DNA of 45,102 nucleotides from Mustelus asterias (Eukaryota): NCBI RefSeq assembly GCF_964213995.1, contig NW_027590427.1, positions 310,001-355,102 on the forward strand. The letters run 5' to 3'. Each line of letters opens with the position of its first letter. Within the stretch, counting starts at the first letter, position 1. The translations under genes and the position numbers were made by a program. The notes under the pieces are model-generated. The model had not been told where the DNA came from. It did no database searches and worked only from the letters and a program-made list of their open reading frames with translations. This document shows positions 23,735 through 34,677 of the stretch, in pieces.

Positions 23735-24190
23735 GGGTGAAAAATGTGTGTTGACAAATTTTGGACCAATTCAGAGAAATGTTGACCAAATGCAGTCAGC
23801 TTCTATGATGAAATTTATCTTAGCTAATGATTGTTCAAAAAAGTGTTGACTATTTTAAGAAAAAAATACTGATAAACTTCAATTAAGTTTTTTTTAAAAA
23901 AATAGTTTATTTAAATGACGAATTCTCGTTAAAGTATTCGGGGAAAATATGTTAGCAAGTTTAAGCTACTCTTTAAAAAGTTGGAAATTTCTCGAAAAAT
24001 ATGAGGAAACATTACATTTTTCAAAATGGTGAAAACATTTTCTAAAAAGTTGATGAACTCTGATTAAACATGTTTAATTTTAAGAAGCAAAATACACAGA
24101 AATGTTTTTTAAAAGTTGACAAATTTCAGTTAAATCAGATGGAGGAATTTCTTTGGAGTAAGTTTAGTTTTGAAAAGTTCAAATTAGCCA
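23735..24190. repeat. AT-rich degenerate short tandem repeat region
   Basis: Recurrent AAAA(T)GTTGAC/A...AAATTT-like motifs. Confidence 0.5.
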
Positions 24191-25398
24191 GAAGTTTCTG
24201 GTTTGTGATGCTGGGATTGTTGTCCATTGGAGCGAAGGAGATTGAGGAGCGATTTAATCGAGGTGGACTAGATTAGGGCAAGTTTAGAGGGGGAGGGGCA
24301 AATTTTAAGATATTGGGCAAGGCGGGGGCGAAGAAGATTTGGAAGCAACATTTTTTCCACAGCGAGTGCTCAGGACCTGGAACTCATTGCCTCCGAGAGT
24401 GTTGGATGCGGTCAATTTAGGTAATAGAAATTCTGAGGTGGACATGGACTTCCTGAGAAAGAAGATGGGTCTCCAGGAACATTCTTTAGGCAGGTAGATG
24501 GATCTCCTCGGTGACATTGAATCTGAAGATCAACCTGTGGAAGCACACCCCTTCCCCGGCCACCGCCCCCACCCACTGTTGAGAACAGTACAGCACAGGA
24601 AACAGGCCCTTCGGCCCTCCAAAATGTTTGACAAGAACCCCGCTGATATTAAATGCAAGGGCATCAAAATCAAAAAGGGTATTTTGGAACATTCGTTCTT
24701 CGTTGTAGATATTTTCAATTTCATATAACGTGAAAAAGGATATGCAAAATATTCAGACTGTTGAATGGGAACTCCCGACATTGTTACAAGGACAACATTA
24801 ACCATTTACCTCATTGTCACCACCTCAGAAGCTGTCTTGGCTCAAGGGCCAACATTGCGGTGAATCCTCGTTTCGGTCCCGCTGTGGGGAAAACAACTTC
24901 ATTGATTCACTGGCCCTGCTCTGACGTAATAAACTGGAGAACAAAGGGTCTGTGAGCTGATTGGATGAATTGGAGAATCAGGGACATGATTGGACGTCAC
25001 CAGTTGATTCGTTTGGGAATTAACCAATCGCTGGAGAGACCGGAAATACATGTAAATATCTTCACCCAAACAATTACAGATTGAACCCATTCTGTTTAAT
25101 TCCGCAATAAACTCGCTGCAAACATGTTGGGTATCATTTTGTATTCGTTTCTCACTGTTTCAGCTCTTTTGCCTGGTAAGTCTACAAGGGACATAAACTT
25201 CTTCTTGCAAGCGATGTCGACAGTAATTTAGGTCCGCTTTGCTGTAGATGATAATGTGATCCGTGTTCTGATGTTATGAGTTACAATAGAATGATAATAA
25301 CACCTTAACTTTCAATATTTCTAAATTTCTGCCGGTGTCACTACTGGAGACTCAATATCAAAGGAGCCGGTTACAGCGATGAAGTTTGAATGGGACTC

Positions 25399-26340
25399 AA
25401 AGAACAAAGAACAAAGAAAGTTACAGGCTCTTAGGCCCTCCAAGCCTGCACCGATCATGTTGCCCGACTGAACTAAAACCCGCTATCCTTCCGGGGACCA
25501 TATCCCTCTATTCCCATCTTACTCATATATTTGTCCGGACGCACCTTAAATGTCACTATCGTATCTGTTTCCACTACCTCCCCCGGCAGCGTGTTCCAGG
25601 CACCCATCACACTCGGTGTAAAACACTTACCTCATTAATCTCCTTTAAACCTTGCCCCTCGCACCTTAAACCTATGCCCCTTAGTAATTGACTCTTCCAC
25701 CCTGGGAAAAACCTTCTGACTATCCACTCTAGCCATGCCCCTCAGAATCTTGTAGACTTGTATCAGGTCGTCCCTCAACCTCCGTCGTTCAAGTGACAAC
25801 AAACCAAGTTTCTCCAACCTCTCTTCTTAGCTAATGGGCGGCATGGTAGCACAGTGGTTAGCAGTGCTTCTTCACAGCTCCAGGGACCTGGGTTTGATTC
25901 CCGGCTTTGGTCACGGTCTGTGGCGTAAGCACATTCTCCTCGTGTCAGCGTGGGTTTCCTCCAGGTGCTCGGATTTCCTCCCACAGTCCAAAAATGTGCG
26001 GGTTAGGTTTATTAGTCATGCTAAAATTGCCCCTTAGAGTTCTGAGATGCGTAGGTTTGAGGGATTAACGTGTACATGTGGGGGTAGGGTCTGGGTGGGA
26101 TTGTGGTCAGTGCAGACTCGATGGGCCGAATGGCCTCCTTCTGTACTGCAGGGTTTCTATGATTCTGATGCTCTCCATGCCAGGCAACATCCTGGTAAAT
26201 CTTTTCTGCACCCTCTCCAAAGCCTCAACATCGTTCTGGTAGTGTGGCGACCAAAATTGAAAATTATATTCCAAGTACGGCCTAACTAACGTGCTATAAA
26301 GCTGCAATATGACTCGCCATTTTTTAAACTCAATGCCCCG
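25399..26340 (-). mobile_element. CR1-type LINE 3' fragment inserted in the V exon
   Basis: Minus ORFs read LYSTLVRPYLEY..QFWSPHYQ and LERRRLRDDLIQVYK. The tail AAGAACAAAGAAC is at the left end. Confidence 0.93.
25836..26167 (+). mobile_element. HE1-type SINE nested in the CR1 fragment
   Basis: GGGCGGCATGGTAGCACAGTGGTTAGC...GTTTCTATGATTCT. Confidence 0.93.
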
Positions 26341-26603
26341 GTGACCAATAAGTTAACTGCATAGCAGCTGGTGCATATTACATTCAATTGTATCGCCAGG
26401 ACCGGGAGAAGGTTCCCAGCAAAAAGAACGGAGAAAGCCCCCATCTTCTTGATCTATATCTCTTATTATGGAGATATTTCCAGTGCAAAGGGCGTGGGAA
26501 CACTATTTTCTGCATATATCGAGAGGTCGAAAAGCGAGGGGAACTTCAGCATGTGTGAGCTGTGGCTGTCGGACAGCGCGGTGTATTACTGTGGACTGAG
26601 AGA

Positions 26604-26642
26604 CGCAATGACAGAAACCAGAGGGAGCCTGGTATGAAAAAA
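26604..26642 (+). promoter_or_regulatory. Degenerate 23-RSS
   Basis: CGCAATG, then 23 nt, then ATGAAAAAA, after YYCGLR. The essential CAC is lost. Confidence 0.7.
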
Positions 26643-26767
26643 AAAACATTGCCCCAGAGTGACAAGATGAACGGACCAGAGAATGGTAATAATATTGGGC
26701 TATAAATAGAGCATGATTCACTCTGTGGTGCCTCTATACATTTTCGGTATTGCTGATACTCACAACA

Positions 26768-27025
26768 GGAGAGGCGATGGCCGAGGGGGTATTATCCTGA
26801 GACTATTAATCCAGAAACTCAGTGAATGTTGCGCGGACCCGATTCAATGAAAACAATATCGACAACTAAGAATCTACTGACGACCATGAAGCCATTGTCG
26901 ATTGTCGGAAAAACCCACTTTGTTCACTCATGTACTTTGGGGAATGAAATCTGCCGTCCTTACCTGGTCTGGCCTACACGTGACTCCAAAGCCAAAACAA
27001 TGTGGTTGATCTCAACTACCGATGG
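26768..27025 (+). mobile_element. tRNA-derived SINE fragment (SacSINE1-like)
   Basis: GGAGAGGCGATGGCC...GACTATTAATCCAGAAACTCAG...GAAATCTGCCGTCCTTACCTGGTCTGGCCTAC. The family name is from recall. Confidence 0.55.
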
Positions 27026-27433
27026 ACAACTAGTGGTATCCATGTCCCACACACAGAAAAAATTCACTGGAATCACTGTTAAAACTGTCCTGATAATAAG
27101 GCTAATGGACGTATTGAGAAAAAAAAAACCAGGACAGAACTATTTAGCCTCCATTAGCTTCCGGGTCACAGTAAGAAAATAAGGGTTTTTTGTGGAATGT
27201 CAATTATTGAGCATGTTCAAAAAAATCAACAGCTTTTGGAAGCCGAATGGCATTAAGCGCTATGCAGATAGCGCGGGAAAGTGGCGTTCAGGCTGGTCAG
27301 CCCTGATCTAACTGAATGACGAAGCAGAATCGAAGGACAGAATGGCCTACTGCTGTTCCCATGTTCCTGTACCCCATTTTTCTACATTCTTCCCCAAGTC
27401 AATCGCTAAATGTGTAAGTTCTCTCTGTAATAG

Positions 27434-29190
27434 TTATAGATGGCAGAGGGAAGTTATGTGTGGAACCGGAGGAGATTGGTGAAGCATTGAACCAATATTT
27501 CTCTTCGGTGTTCACGCAAGGGGACATGAATATAGCTGAGGAGGACACTGGGTTGCAAGGGAGTAGAATAGACAGTATTACAGTTGATAAGGAGGATGTG
27601 CAGGATATTCTGGAGGGTCTGAAAATAGATAAATCCCCTGGTCCGGATGGGATTTATCCAAGGATTCTCTGGGAGGCAAGAGAAGTGATTGCAGAGCCTC
27701 TGGCTCTGATCTTCAGGTCGTCGTTGGCCTCTGGTATAGTACCAGAAGATTGGAGGTTAGCGAATGTTGTCCCATTGTTTAAGAAGGGGAACAGAGACTT
27801 CCCCGGGAATTATAGACCGGTGAGTCTCACTTCTGTTGTCGGCAAGATGTTGGAAAAAATTATAAGGGATAGGATTTATAGTTATTTGGAGAGTAATGAA
27901 TTGATAGGTGATAGTCAGCATGGTTTTGTGGCAGGTAGGTCGTGCCTTACTAACCTTATTGAGTTTTTTGAGAAAGTGACCAAGGAGGTGGATGGGGGCA
28001 AGGCAGTGGACGTGGTATATATGGATTTTAGTAAGGCGTTTGATAAGGTTCACCATGGTAGGCTTCTGCAGAAAATGCAGATGTATGGGATTGGGGGTGA
28101 TCTAGGAAATTGGATCAGGAATTGGCTAGCGGATAGGAAACAGAGGGTGGTGGTTGATAGTAAATATTCATCATGGAGTGCGGTTACAAGTGGTGTACCT
28201 CAGGGATCTGTTTTGGGGCCACTGCTGTTTGTAATATTTATTAATGATCTGGATGAGGGTATAGTTGGGTGGATTAGCAAATTTGCTGATGACACCAAAG
28301 TCGGTGGTGTGGTAGACAGTGAGGAAGGGTGTCGTAGTTTGCAGGAAGACTTAGACAGGTTGCAAAGTTGGGCCGAGAGGTGGCGGATGGAGTTTAATGC
28401 GGAGAAGTGTGAGGTAATTCACTTTGGTAGGAATAACAGATGTGTTGAGTATAGGGCTAACGGGAGGACTTTGAATAGTGTGGAGGAGCAGAGGGATCTA
28501 GGTGTATGTGTGCATAGATCCCTGAAAGTTGGGAATCAAGTAGATAAGGTTGTTAAGAAGGCATATGGTGTCTTGGCGTTTATTGGTAGGGGGATTGAAT
28601 TTAGGAGTCGTAGCGTTATGTTGCAACTGTACACAACTCTGGTGCGGCCGCACTTGGAGTACTGTGTGCAGTTCTGGTCCCCACATTACAGGAAGGATGT
28701 GGAGGCTTTGGAGAGGGTGCAGAGGAGGTTTACCAGGATGTTGCCTGGTATGGAGGGGAGATCCTATGAGGAGAGGCTGAGGGATTTGGGATTGTTTTCG
28801 CTGGAAAGGCGGCGGCTAAGAGGGGATCTTATTGAAACATATAAGATGATTAGAGGTTTAGATAGGGTGGATAGTGATAGCCTTTTTCCTCTGATGGAGA
28901 AATCCAGCACGAGGGGGCATGGCTTTAAATTGAGGGGGGGTAGTTATAGAACCGATGTCAGGGGTAGGTTCTTTACCCAGAGGGTGGTGAGGGATTGGAA
29001 TGCCCTGCTAGCATCAGTAGTAAATGCGCCTAGTTTGGGGGCGTTTAAGAGATCCGTAGATAGGTTCATGGACGAAAAGAAATTGGTTTAGGTTGGAGGG
29101 TCACAGTTTTTTTTTTTAACTGGTCGGTGCAACATCGTGGGCCGAAGGGCCTGTTCTGCGCTGTAATGTTCTATGTTCTATGTTCTATGT
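27434..29190 (+). mobile_element. Young 5'-truncated CR1/HER1-type LINE
   Basis: Uninterrupted 543-aa RT frame, 3' UTR GGGCCGAAGGGCCTGTT and (TGTTCTA)n tail. Confidence 0.97.
27460..29091 (+). CDS. CR1 ORF2 reverse transcriptase (N-terminally truncated, no endonuclease)
   Basis: Motifs KSPGPDG, NYRPVSLTS, QHGF, DFSKAFD, GVPQGSVLGP, FADD. Confidence 0.9.
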   Translation: MEPEEIGEALNQYFSSVFTQGDMNIAEEDTGLQGSRIDSITVDKEDVQDILEGLKIDKSPGPDGIYPRILWEAREVIAEPLALIFRSSLASGIVPEDWRLANVVPLFKKGNRDFPGNYRPVSLTSVVGKMLEKIIRDRIYSYLESNELIGDSQHGFVAGRSCLTNLIEFFEKVTKEVDGGKAVDVVYMDFSKAFDKVHHGRLLQKMQMYGIGGDLGNWIRNWLADRKQRVVVDSKYSSWSAVTSGVPQGSVLGPLLFVIFINDLDEGIVGWISKFADDTKVGGVVDSEEGCRSLQEDLDRLQSWAERWRMEFNAEKCEVIHFGRNNRCVEYRANGRTLNSVEEQRDLGVCVHRSLKVGNQVDKVVKKAYGVLAFIGRGIEFRSRSVMLQLYTTLVRPHLEYCVQFWSPHYRKDVEALERVQRRFTRMLPGMEGRSYEERLRDLGLFSLERRRLRGDLIETYKMIRGLDRVDSDSLFPLMEKSSTRGHGFKLRGGSYRTDVRGRFFTQRVVRDWNALLASVVNAPSLGAFKRSVDRFMDEKKLV

Positions 29191-29355
29191 AAGGATGATT
29201 ATGTTAATCCAGCTCACGGTGCGTCTGGTTACTGTCTGTTATCTCACCACCTGGGTGTCACACAGCACCACTGGAGACAGAAGGGAGGGAGCTGAGAACA
29301 TACGAAAAAGGAAGCTGATTATTGAAGGCTGGGATTAGACCGGATAAAATCAAAC

Positions 29356-29805
29356 ACGCAGCTCCCCTTTTACAGAGCGACAGCGGCAATGCAGCTGCTG
29401 TGGGGATCATTCCTGACAGGTAATTACGTGCAAAAAACATTGCACTGTTTCACACGTTTCCCAAGCTTGGTTCCAGACCACAAATTAATCATACGCCCTT
29501 CTGACCATTTTCTGTGTTGTTATTTCCATATTTGAGACATGGAGATTCTGTCACCCAGCCGCTCACATCAGATGTTAAGAGAGAAGGCGAGATCGTGTTT
29601 TTAACGTGTAGCAATGAAACCAAGCACGCTGAATGTCTTCTTCACCACTCTGTCCACCTGTGACTCCACTTTCAAGGAGCAGAGAGCGACTATAGGCTGT
29701 ACTGGTACCGACAACATCCAGACACACAGCCCGTGTTTATAGTGCGGAAAGATACTGATAGTTATGAAAATAAAGCATATGTTTTTAAAAGTCGCTTCTA
29801 TGTAG
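29356..29805 (+). pseudogene. TCR V alpha/delta-type pseudogene, 3'-truncated (leader ~29356-29419; V exon from 29530)
   Basis: Leader ...MQLLWGSFLT followed by GTAATT. The acceptor is mutated (CAT). V reads HGDSVTQPLTSDVKREGEIVFLTCS.ET[insert]ESDYRLYWYRQHPDTQPVFIVRKD...SRFYV, then LINE sequence. No YYC or RSS was found. Confidence 0.85.
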
Positions 29806-30645
29806 CTAATGTCGCTCTGTAGGAGGTAGCTAAAAATGGATACAAAATTGGCTTGATGACAGAAGCCACAGGGCGGTTGTAGAGGGTTGTTTTTTAAACT
29901 GGAGGCCTGTGACCAGCGTTGTGCCTCAGGGATCAGTGCTGGGTCCACTGTTATTTGTCATTTATATTAATTATTTAGGTGAGAAAAAAGGAGGCATGTT
30001 TAGGAAGTTTGCAGATGACACGAAGATTGGTGGCACAGTGGACAGTGAAGAAGGTTATCTCGGATTGCAACGGGATCTTGATAAATTGGGCCAGTGGGCT
30101 CACGAATGGCAGATGGAGTTTACTTTAGATAAATGCGAGGTTATGCATTTTGGGAGATTGAACCAGGGCAGGACTTACTCAGTTAATGGTAGGTCATTGA
30201 GAAGAGTTACAGAGCAAAGGGATCTAGAGGTACAGGTTCATAGCTCCTTGAAAGTGGAGCCACAGGTGGACAGCGTGGTGAAGAAGACATTCAGCGTGCG
30301 TGGTTTCATTGCTCAGAACATTGAATACAGGGGTTGGAACGTCTTGTTGAAGTTGTACAAGACATTGGTAAGGCTACACTTGGAATACTGTGTACAGTTC
30401 TGTTCACCCTATTATAGAAATATATTATTAAACTAGAAAGAGTGCAGGAAAGATTTACTAGGATGCTACCGAGACTTGATGGTTTGAGCTATAAGGAGAG
30501 GCTGGATAGACTGGGACATTTTTCTCTGGAACGTAGAAGGCTGAGGGGTGATCTTATAGAGGTCTATAAAATAATGAGGGGCATGGTTCATCGAGATAGT
30601 CAATATTTTTTCCCAAAGGTAGGGGAGTCTAAAACTAGAGGGCAC
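29806..30645 (+). mobile_element. CR1-type LINE internal/3' fragment
   Basis: Encodes VPQGSVLGPLLF, KFADDTK and LVRLHLEYCVQF. Frameshifted, with no tail. Confidence 0.93.
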
Positions 30646-31219
30646 AGGGATTCAAGGAATATATGAAGTCAACAATATAAAGTACAATCTGATATGGGAA
30701 AGGTTTATCCTGAAACATCTACTCGATTGAACTGCGATTGTAGAGCATCAGGCCACTGGTTCATTTAAATAAGTTTAAATTTGGGGCACAGGTCAGGGCA
30801 CAGTTGGTTATGCAGAGAGTGGTCATCATTTACAATGCAATTTGATCAATGTAACAGAGTCCAAAACAAACATAGTGGTCTCCTAACAAGTAAGGCAAAT
30901 TATAAGGATGTTTGCAGATTTCTGAATTGGTGACTTATGATGAGAATAATGAAAGTACCCATTCCCCAGTGCCATGCGACTTCTTGATTGATTAGCTGCA
31001 GTGGTCATGAATACGTGATGCTCTGTTGGTGCTGAGTGGTAAATGGCTTTCTTTCTGGAGATTCAATGTATTCATTATATGTTCAAAATATGTTTCTGCC
31101 AAATCTTTCCTGATTTGTATTATTGTTACTGTGATGCAACCTGTAGATTTTAGGACTCCTGTGAAATTGAATGCGAGTTGTTTTCTACATAGATAGCTTT
31201 GAAATTTGCTGTTGAGTGC

Positions 31220-31432
31220 AATGACCTCGGCCTCAAATGCTTTCCCCAAAATCAGAAATGCTGAATTTTATGACGCAATGTCAGGAAAGAAACGTTCCCA
31301 CTTTGACACCGTGCACATATTAGCATCTGCTGCAGTTTACAACAGAATTTAGTTGGTTTAATAGGTGCAGACTAACATAGTTAATCACCATCTGAAACAT
31401 GTCTAATAGTGGTGCGTGCTCAAAAATACACA
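31220..31432 (-). repeat. Inverted partial copy of the tRNA-Val array spacer
   Basis: Reverse complement matches ~15435-15645 (ATTAGACATGTTTCAG(A/T)TGGTGAT...TGAGGCCGAGG). Confidence 0.85.
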
Positions 31433-31561
31433 ATGCCCTGTATGAACGCAAAGAAACATTAAACTAAATAAAAATACTATCTGTTTCGCGTCGTAAATAA
31501 AAGGACTTCATTGTGTCCCTATACCATCACCCCCGCCCCCCCCCCCCCCACGCCCCCTCCA

Positions 31562-31892
31562 CTGACTATAACAGTACACATAAGGATTAGAATGGCTAGT
31601 TTCCAAGGTGCAGGTTAGTGTCACGTTACTTTCCTCCTTAACAGATATTTCAGGACCCAGTTGTTCCACTTTGTCTTGGTGGCTCCATTCTAACAGAAAT
31701 AACAACAATAATGAGAATCAGAGTCAGCCTCATGTTGAGCGATACAATTATCATCTCCACCATCACTGTTGCTTTAGCAACAATAACATCTGGGTTGCAG
31801 CAGTCAGGAGGAGCATGTAGTTTTACTGGGAAGGAAAAAAACTTTCTGAGGACTGAAATAATGATGAGGATCTGAGCGAGACAGTTTTCCAT
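31562..31892 (-). pseudogene. TCR V-type pseudogene fragment (leader ~31892-31843; V exon 31689-31562)
   Basis: Leader MENCLAQILIIISVLR, acceptor TTTCTGTTAG, V reads SHQDKVEQLGPEISVKEESNVTLTCTLETSHSNPYVYCYSQ (WYRQ decayed). Truncated at a G-rich tract. Confidence 0.75.
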
Positions 31893-33199
31893 GATGCTCC
31901 TCAGTCTGTAACTCAGCAGTGAGAGGAATCCTCCGTCAGAGACAGAAACACAGATCCCCGTCCCATTGCACTGCTCATCCAACCTCAATGAGAGGAATGG
32001 CGCAACTTCAGCAATCTGTCCAATCACACAATCGGGTCAGAGTGAGAGCAGCAAACGGAAGCTGTGGGCGGGGTACCGCAGATTCAATATTGAGTGAAGC
32101 GTGCGGTGACTCTCAGCGGCACTCGGAACTGTTGGGCGGAAATAGAACCAGTTGAAACTACAGAAGTCTCTTATCATCCTGCGCCTACTCACTTTTCAGG
32201 GTGTCTAACAATAAATAAAGCGACTGCGACATGAAGCAAGGAGAACCATAGAATCTTTGAAAGGCAAATTGGTCATCCGGCGTATCTATGTTTCCTTGGA
32301 GGAGTTCTCCAAATCATCCAATTCTCCCCGCAGCTCCGTGAAATCTCTGCTTAACTAACTTTGCTCTCAAGAGTACAAGCCCGGTCTCTATAACCTCACC
32401 ACAAAACTGAATTTCCTCATCCCTGGAAAGGCGGAGGATTGAGCGGAGATTTTGGAAAATATTGTCAGTTGGCAGATGGGGAAAATGGAGCAGGAAGCAA
32501 ACCAGAAAACACTGCCCCAGCTTTGCGAATCTTTAGAAACTGTTTGGGAACTGGAATCAGAGGAGATTGAAGGGTTGACTGACTGAGCAGAGACAATCAA
32601 GGCAACCTTCCATTCTTTAAGAGGCTGGAACGTTGACTCTGATGTTTTCAGTAAAATTAACTGATCAGAGACATTGAAAGGATTCTCGTTACTGCACATC
32701 AGCAATTCAAACCGAATATCAATTTCGGAACAGTCAGAATATTTGGTTTCAGACAAGACACCGAAAGGCTTGAATGGAGACGGCGCCGGTTGTTGGAGAG
32801 CCGGTTCCCGATGACATGGATGTGTCTGCAATGGGGGGTCTCTGACTATTGGACTTAACTTGTATCTGCAGCTAACCCATTAGAAATCCGTTCAATTATT
32901 CCATTCTCACCAACCCATAAATTATTCTCTCTTACTCAGTTACACAGTTAATGAGACAGGGAAAAGCTGCAATATTTCAGTCTCCCCCACTCTCCAAACA
33001 CCCCCTGCCGGCAAAAAGCACTGGCGATTTAGCTGCATAAGTTTTCTAAGAAATGGTGAAGACCAATGTTTGTCAATATTTTGATTGATCCCCTTTTCAG
33101 TTCACATTTAACCATAAACTGGAATTCGGAAACTTCAGAGCAGTGAGTTTTGATAACGTTTCTGCCCCGTTTATTGCCTGGGACCTGCGCAAATATGTG

Positions 33200-33395
33200 C
33201 AAAGATGTGCGGGTTAGGTTGATTGGCCAGGTTAAAAATTGTCCCTTAGAGTCCTGGGATGCGTAGGTTAGAGGGGGGATTAGCGGGTAAAATATGTGGG
33301 GGTAGGGCCTGGGTGGGATTGTGGTCGGTGCAGACTCGATGGGCCGAATGGCCTCCTTCTGCACTGTAGGGTTTCTATGTTTCTATGTTTCTATG
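33200..33395 (+). mobile_element. 5'-truncated young HE1-type SINE inserted in a degraded tRNA-Val relic (33157-33427)
   Basis: Nearly identical to the 3' half of 34678-35020. Flanks CGTTTCTGCCCCG and GTGATAACACC...TACAGAAA are Val-like. Confidence 0.85.
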
Positions 33396-33609
33396 AATAG
33401 AAAGTGATAACACCTTCAATACAGAAAATCCGCTGAGGACAAAAGCGGCTGGTCTAGAAGGTCAAACCGTGCAGTCTGATTTAACTTCACAACCTGATTT
33501 GTGGAAGTACAATTCGGCTCAATACCCTTTCTTGATGCGGCAGAGAAATTCATCTCACATTAGAATCATAAAATGACATTTGCGCCTTTTTTCTCTTTTG
33601 CCATGTCTC

Positions 33610-33868
33610 GGGCGGCACGGTGGTACAGTGGTCAGCACTGCTATCTCACAGCGCTAAAGACCCAGGTTCAATTCCCAGCTTTAGTTATTGTCTGTGTGGC
33701 GCTTGTACGTTCGCCCCGTGTCTGCGTGGGTTTCTTCTCACAGCCTGAAAGACGTGCTGGTTCTGTGCATTGACCCCAACAGGCGCCGGAGGCTCGCGAC
33801 TAAGGAATTTCACAGTGTCTTCATTGCAGTGTAAGCCTTACTTGTAGCTAATAAATAAACTTTACTTT
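33610..33868 (+). mobile_element. tRNA-derived SINE with HE1-like head and a different (L2-like) tail
   Basis: Head GGGCGGCACGGTGGTACAGTGGTCAGCACTGC. Tail TTCACAGT..CTTCATTGCAGTGTAAGCCTTACTTGT..AATAAATAAACTTTACTTT; a similar tail lies at 16825-16905. Confidence 0.8.
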
Positions 33869-34012
33869 AACTGAGCATTTTGCAGAATATTATTTAACAC
33901 TTGGAAATGCAACTGCAGTTAGGCTGAGAGATAATGTTTTCTGTCAATATTTAATAACAAACGGAAATTAGGTAACTTTTCCTCACACTGAGAGATGAGG
34001 AAATTTGAACAC

Positions 34013-34085
34013 TGTTGTTGTCCTATTTCACACAGGGAACCATTAACGTGTTAGGTGAATTTATTAAACACCACACTTCAGAAAC
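34013..34085 (-). pseudogene. tRNA-Val(AAC) pseudogene (degraded)
   Basis: GGAACCATTAACGTGTTAGGTGAA...CACCACACTTCAGAAAC. Confidence 0.6.
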
Positions 34086-34152
34086 AGAGAATACATGACT
34101 CTGAAGTACAGTCAGACAGCGCGGTTCGAATTCCAGTCAGTTGTCGAGCATC

Positions 34153-34225
34153 GTTTTTGTAGTGTAGTGATTATCACATTCATCTGAAACATGAAAGGTT
34201 CCCAGTTCCAAAACGGGTGGAAACA
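34153..34225 (+). pseudogene. tRNA-Val pseudogene
   Basis: GTTTTTGTAGTGTAGTGATTATCACATTCATCTGAAACATGAAAGGTTCCCAGTTCCAAAACGGGTGGAAACA. Confidence 0.8.
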
Positions 34226-34677
34226 TTTATACTTATTTCTAACCTGAGTGAGAGGAAATTGCTGAATACAGTATCTTACACAGAGTTGCATTTTCCCTTC
34301 CCCATTTCTGTACACACTCAAACCCGACAGAATATCTCGAACTGGTTACCGTTTCCACCTCTGACAGTTCAGAAAGTTTCTCTCAAACTTGCACATTCGG
34401 GCTTTTTCATTTGTTCATTCCTGAAACATTGCCGTCGCTGGCCATCATTCACTGCCCAACCCGAGTTGAGATGCAACCATATTGCTGTGGCTCTGTAGTC
34501 ACATGCAGGCTAGGCCAGGTCAGAAGGGCAGATTTCCTTCCAAAAATACATTGGTGAATCATATGGGTTCCTTCAACAATCGAAAATGCTTTCATGGTCA
34601 TCAATGGTTCTCAATTCCAGATTTTTCGTATTGTATTCAAATCCCACCAGCTGTCCTGGCTGGTCCCCATAATAAAA

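Larger units (their letters stand above)
25124..26603 (+). pseudogene. TCR V alpha/delta-type pseudogene split by a LINE plus nested SINE (leader 25124-25175; V parts ~25335-25398 and 26341-26603)
   Basis: Leader MLGIILYSFLTVSALLP followed by GTAAGT. The acceptor is mutated (CCG). V reads GDSISKEPVTAMKFEWDS|VT...NCIAAGAYYIQLYRQ...APIFLIYI...SEGNFSMCELWLSDSAVYYCGLR. Conserved Trp is changed to Leu and there are frameshifts. Confidence 0.9.

Noticed and set aside
23745-24130. Repeated TTGACA as bacterial -35 boxes
   Set aside because: These lie in an AT-rich degenerate repeat in vertebrate DNA.
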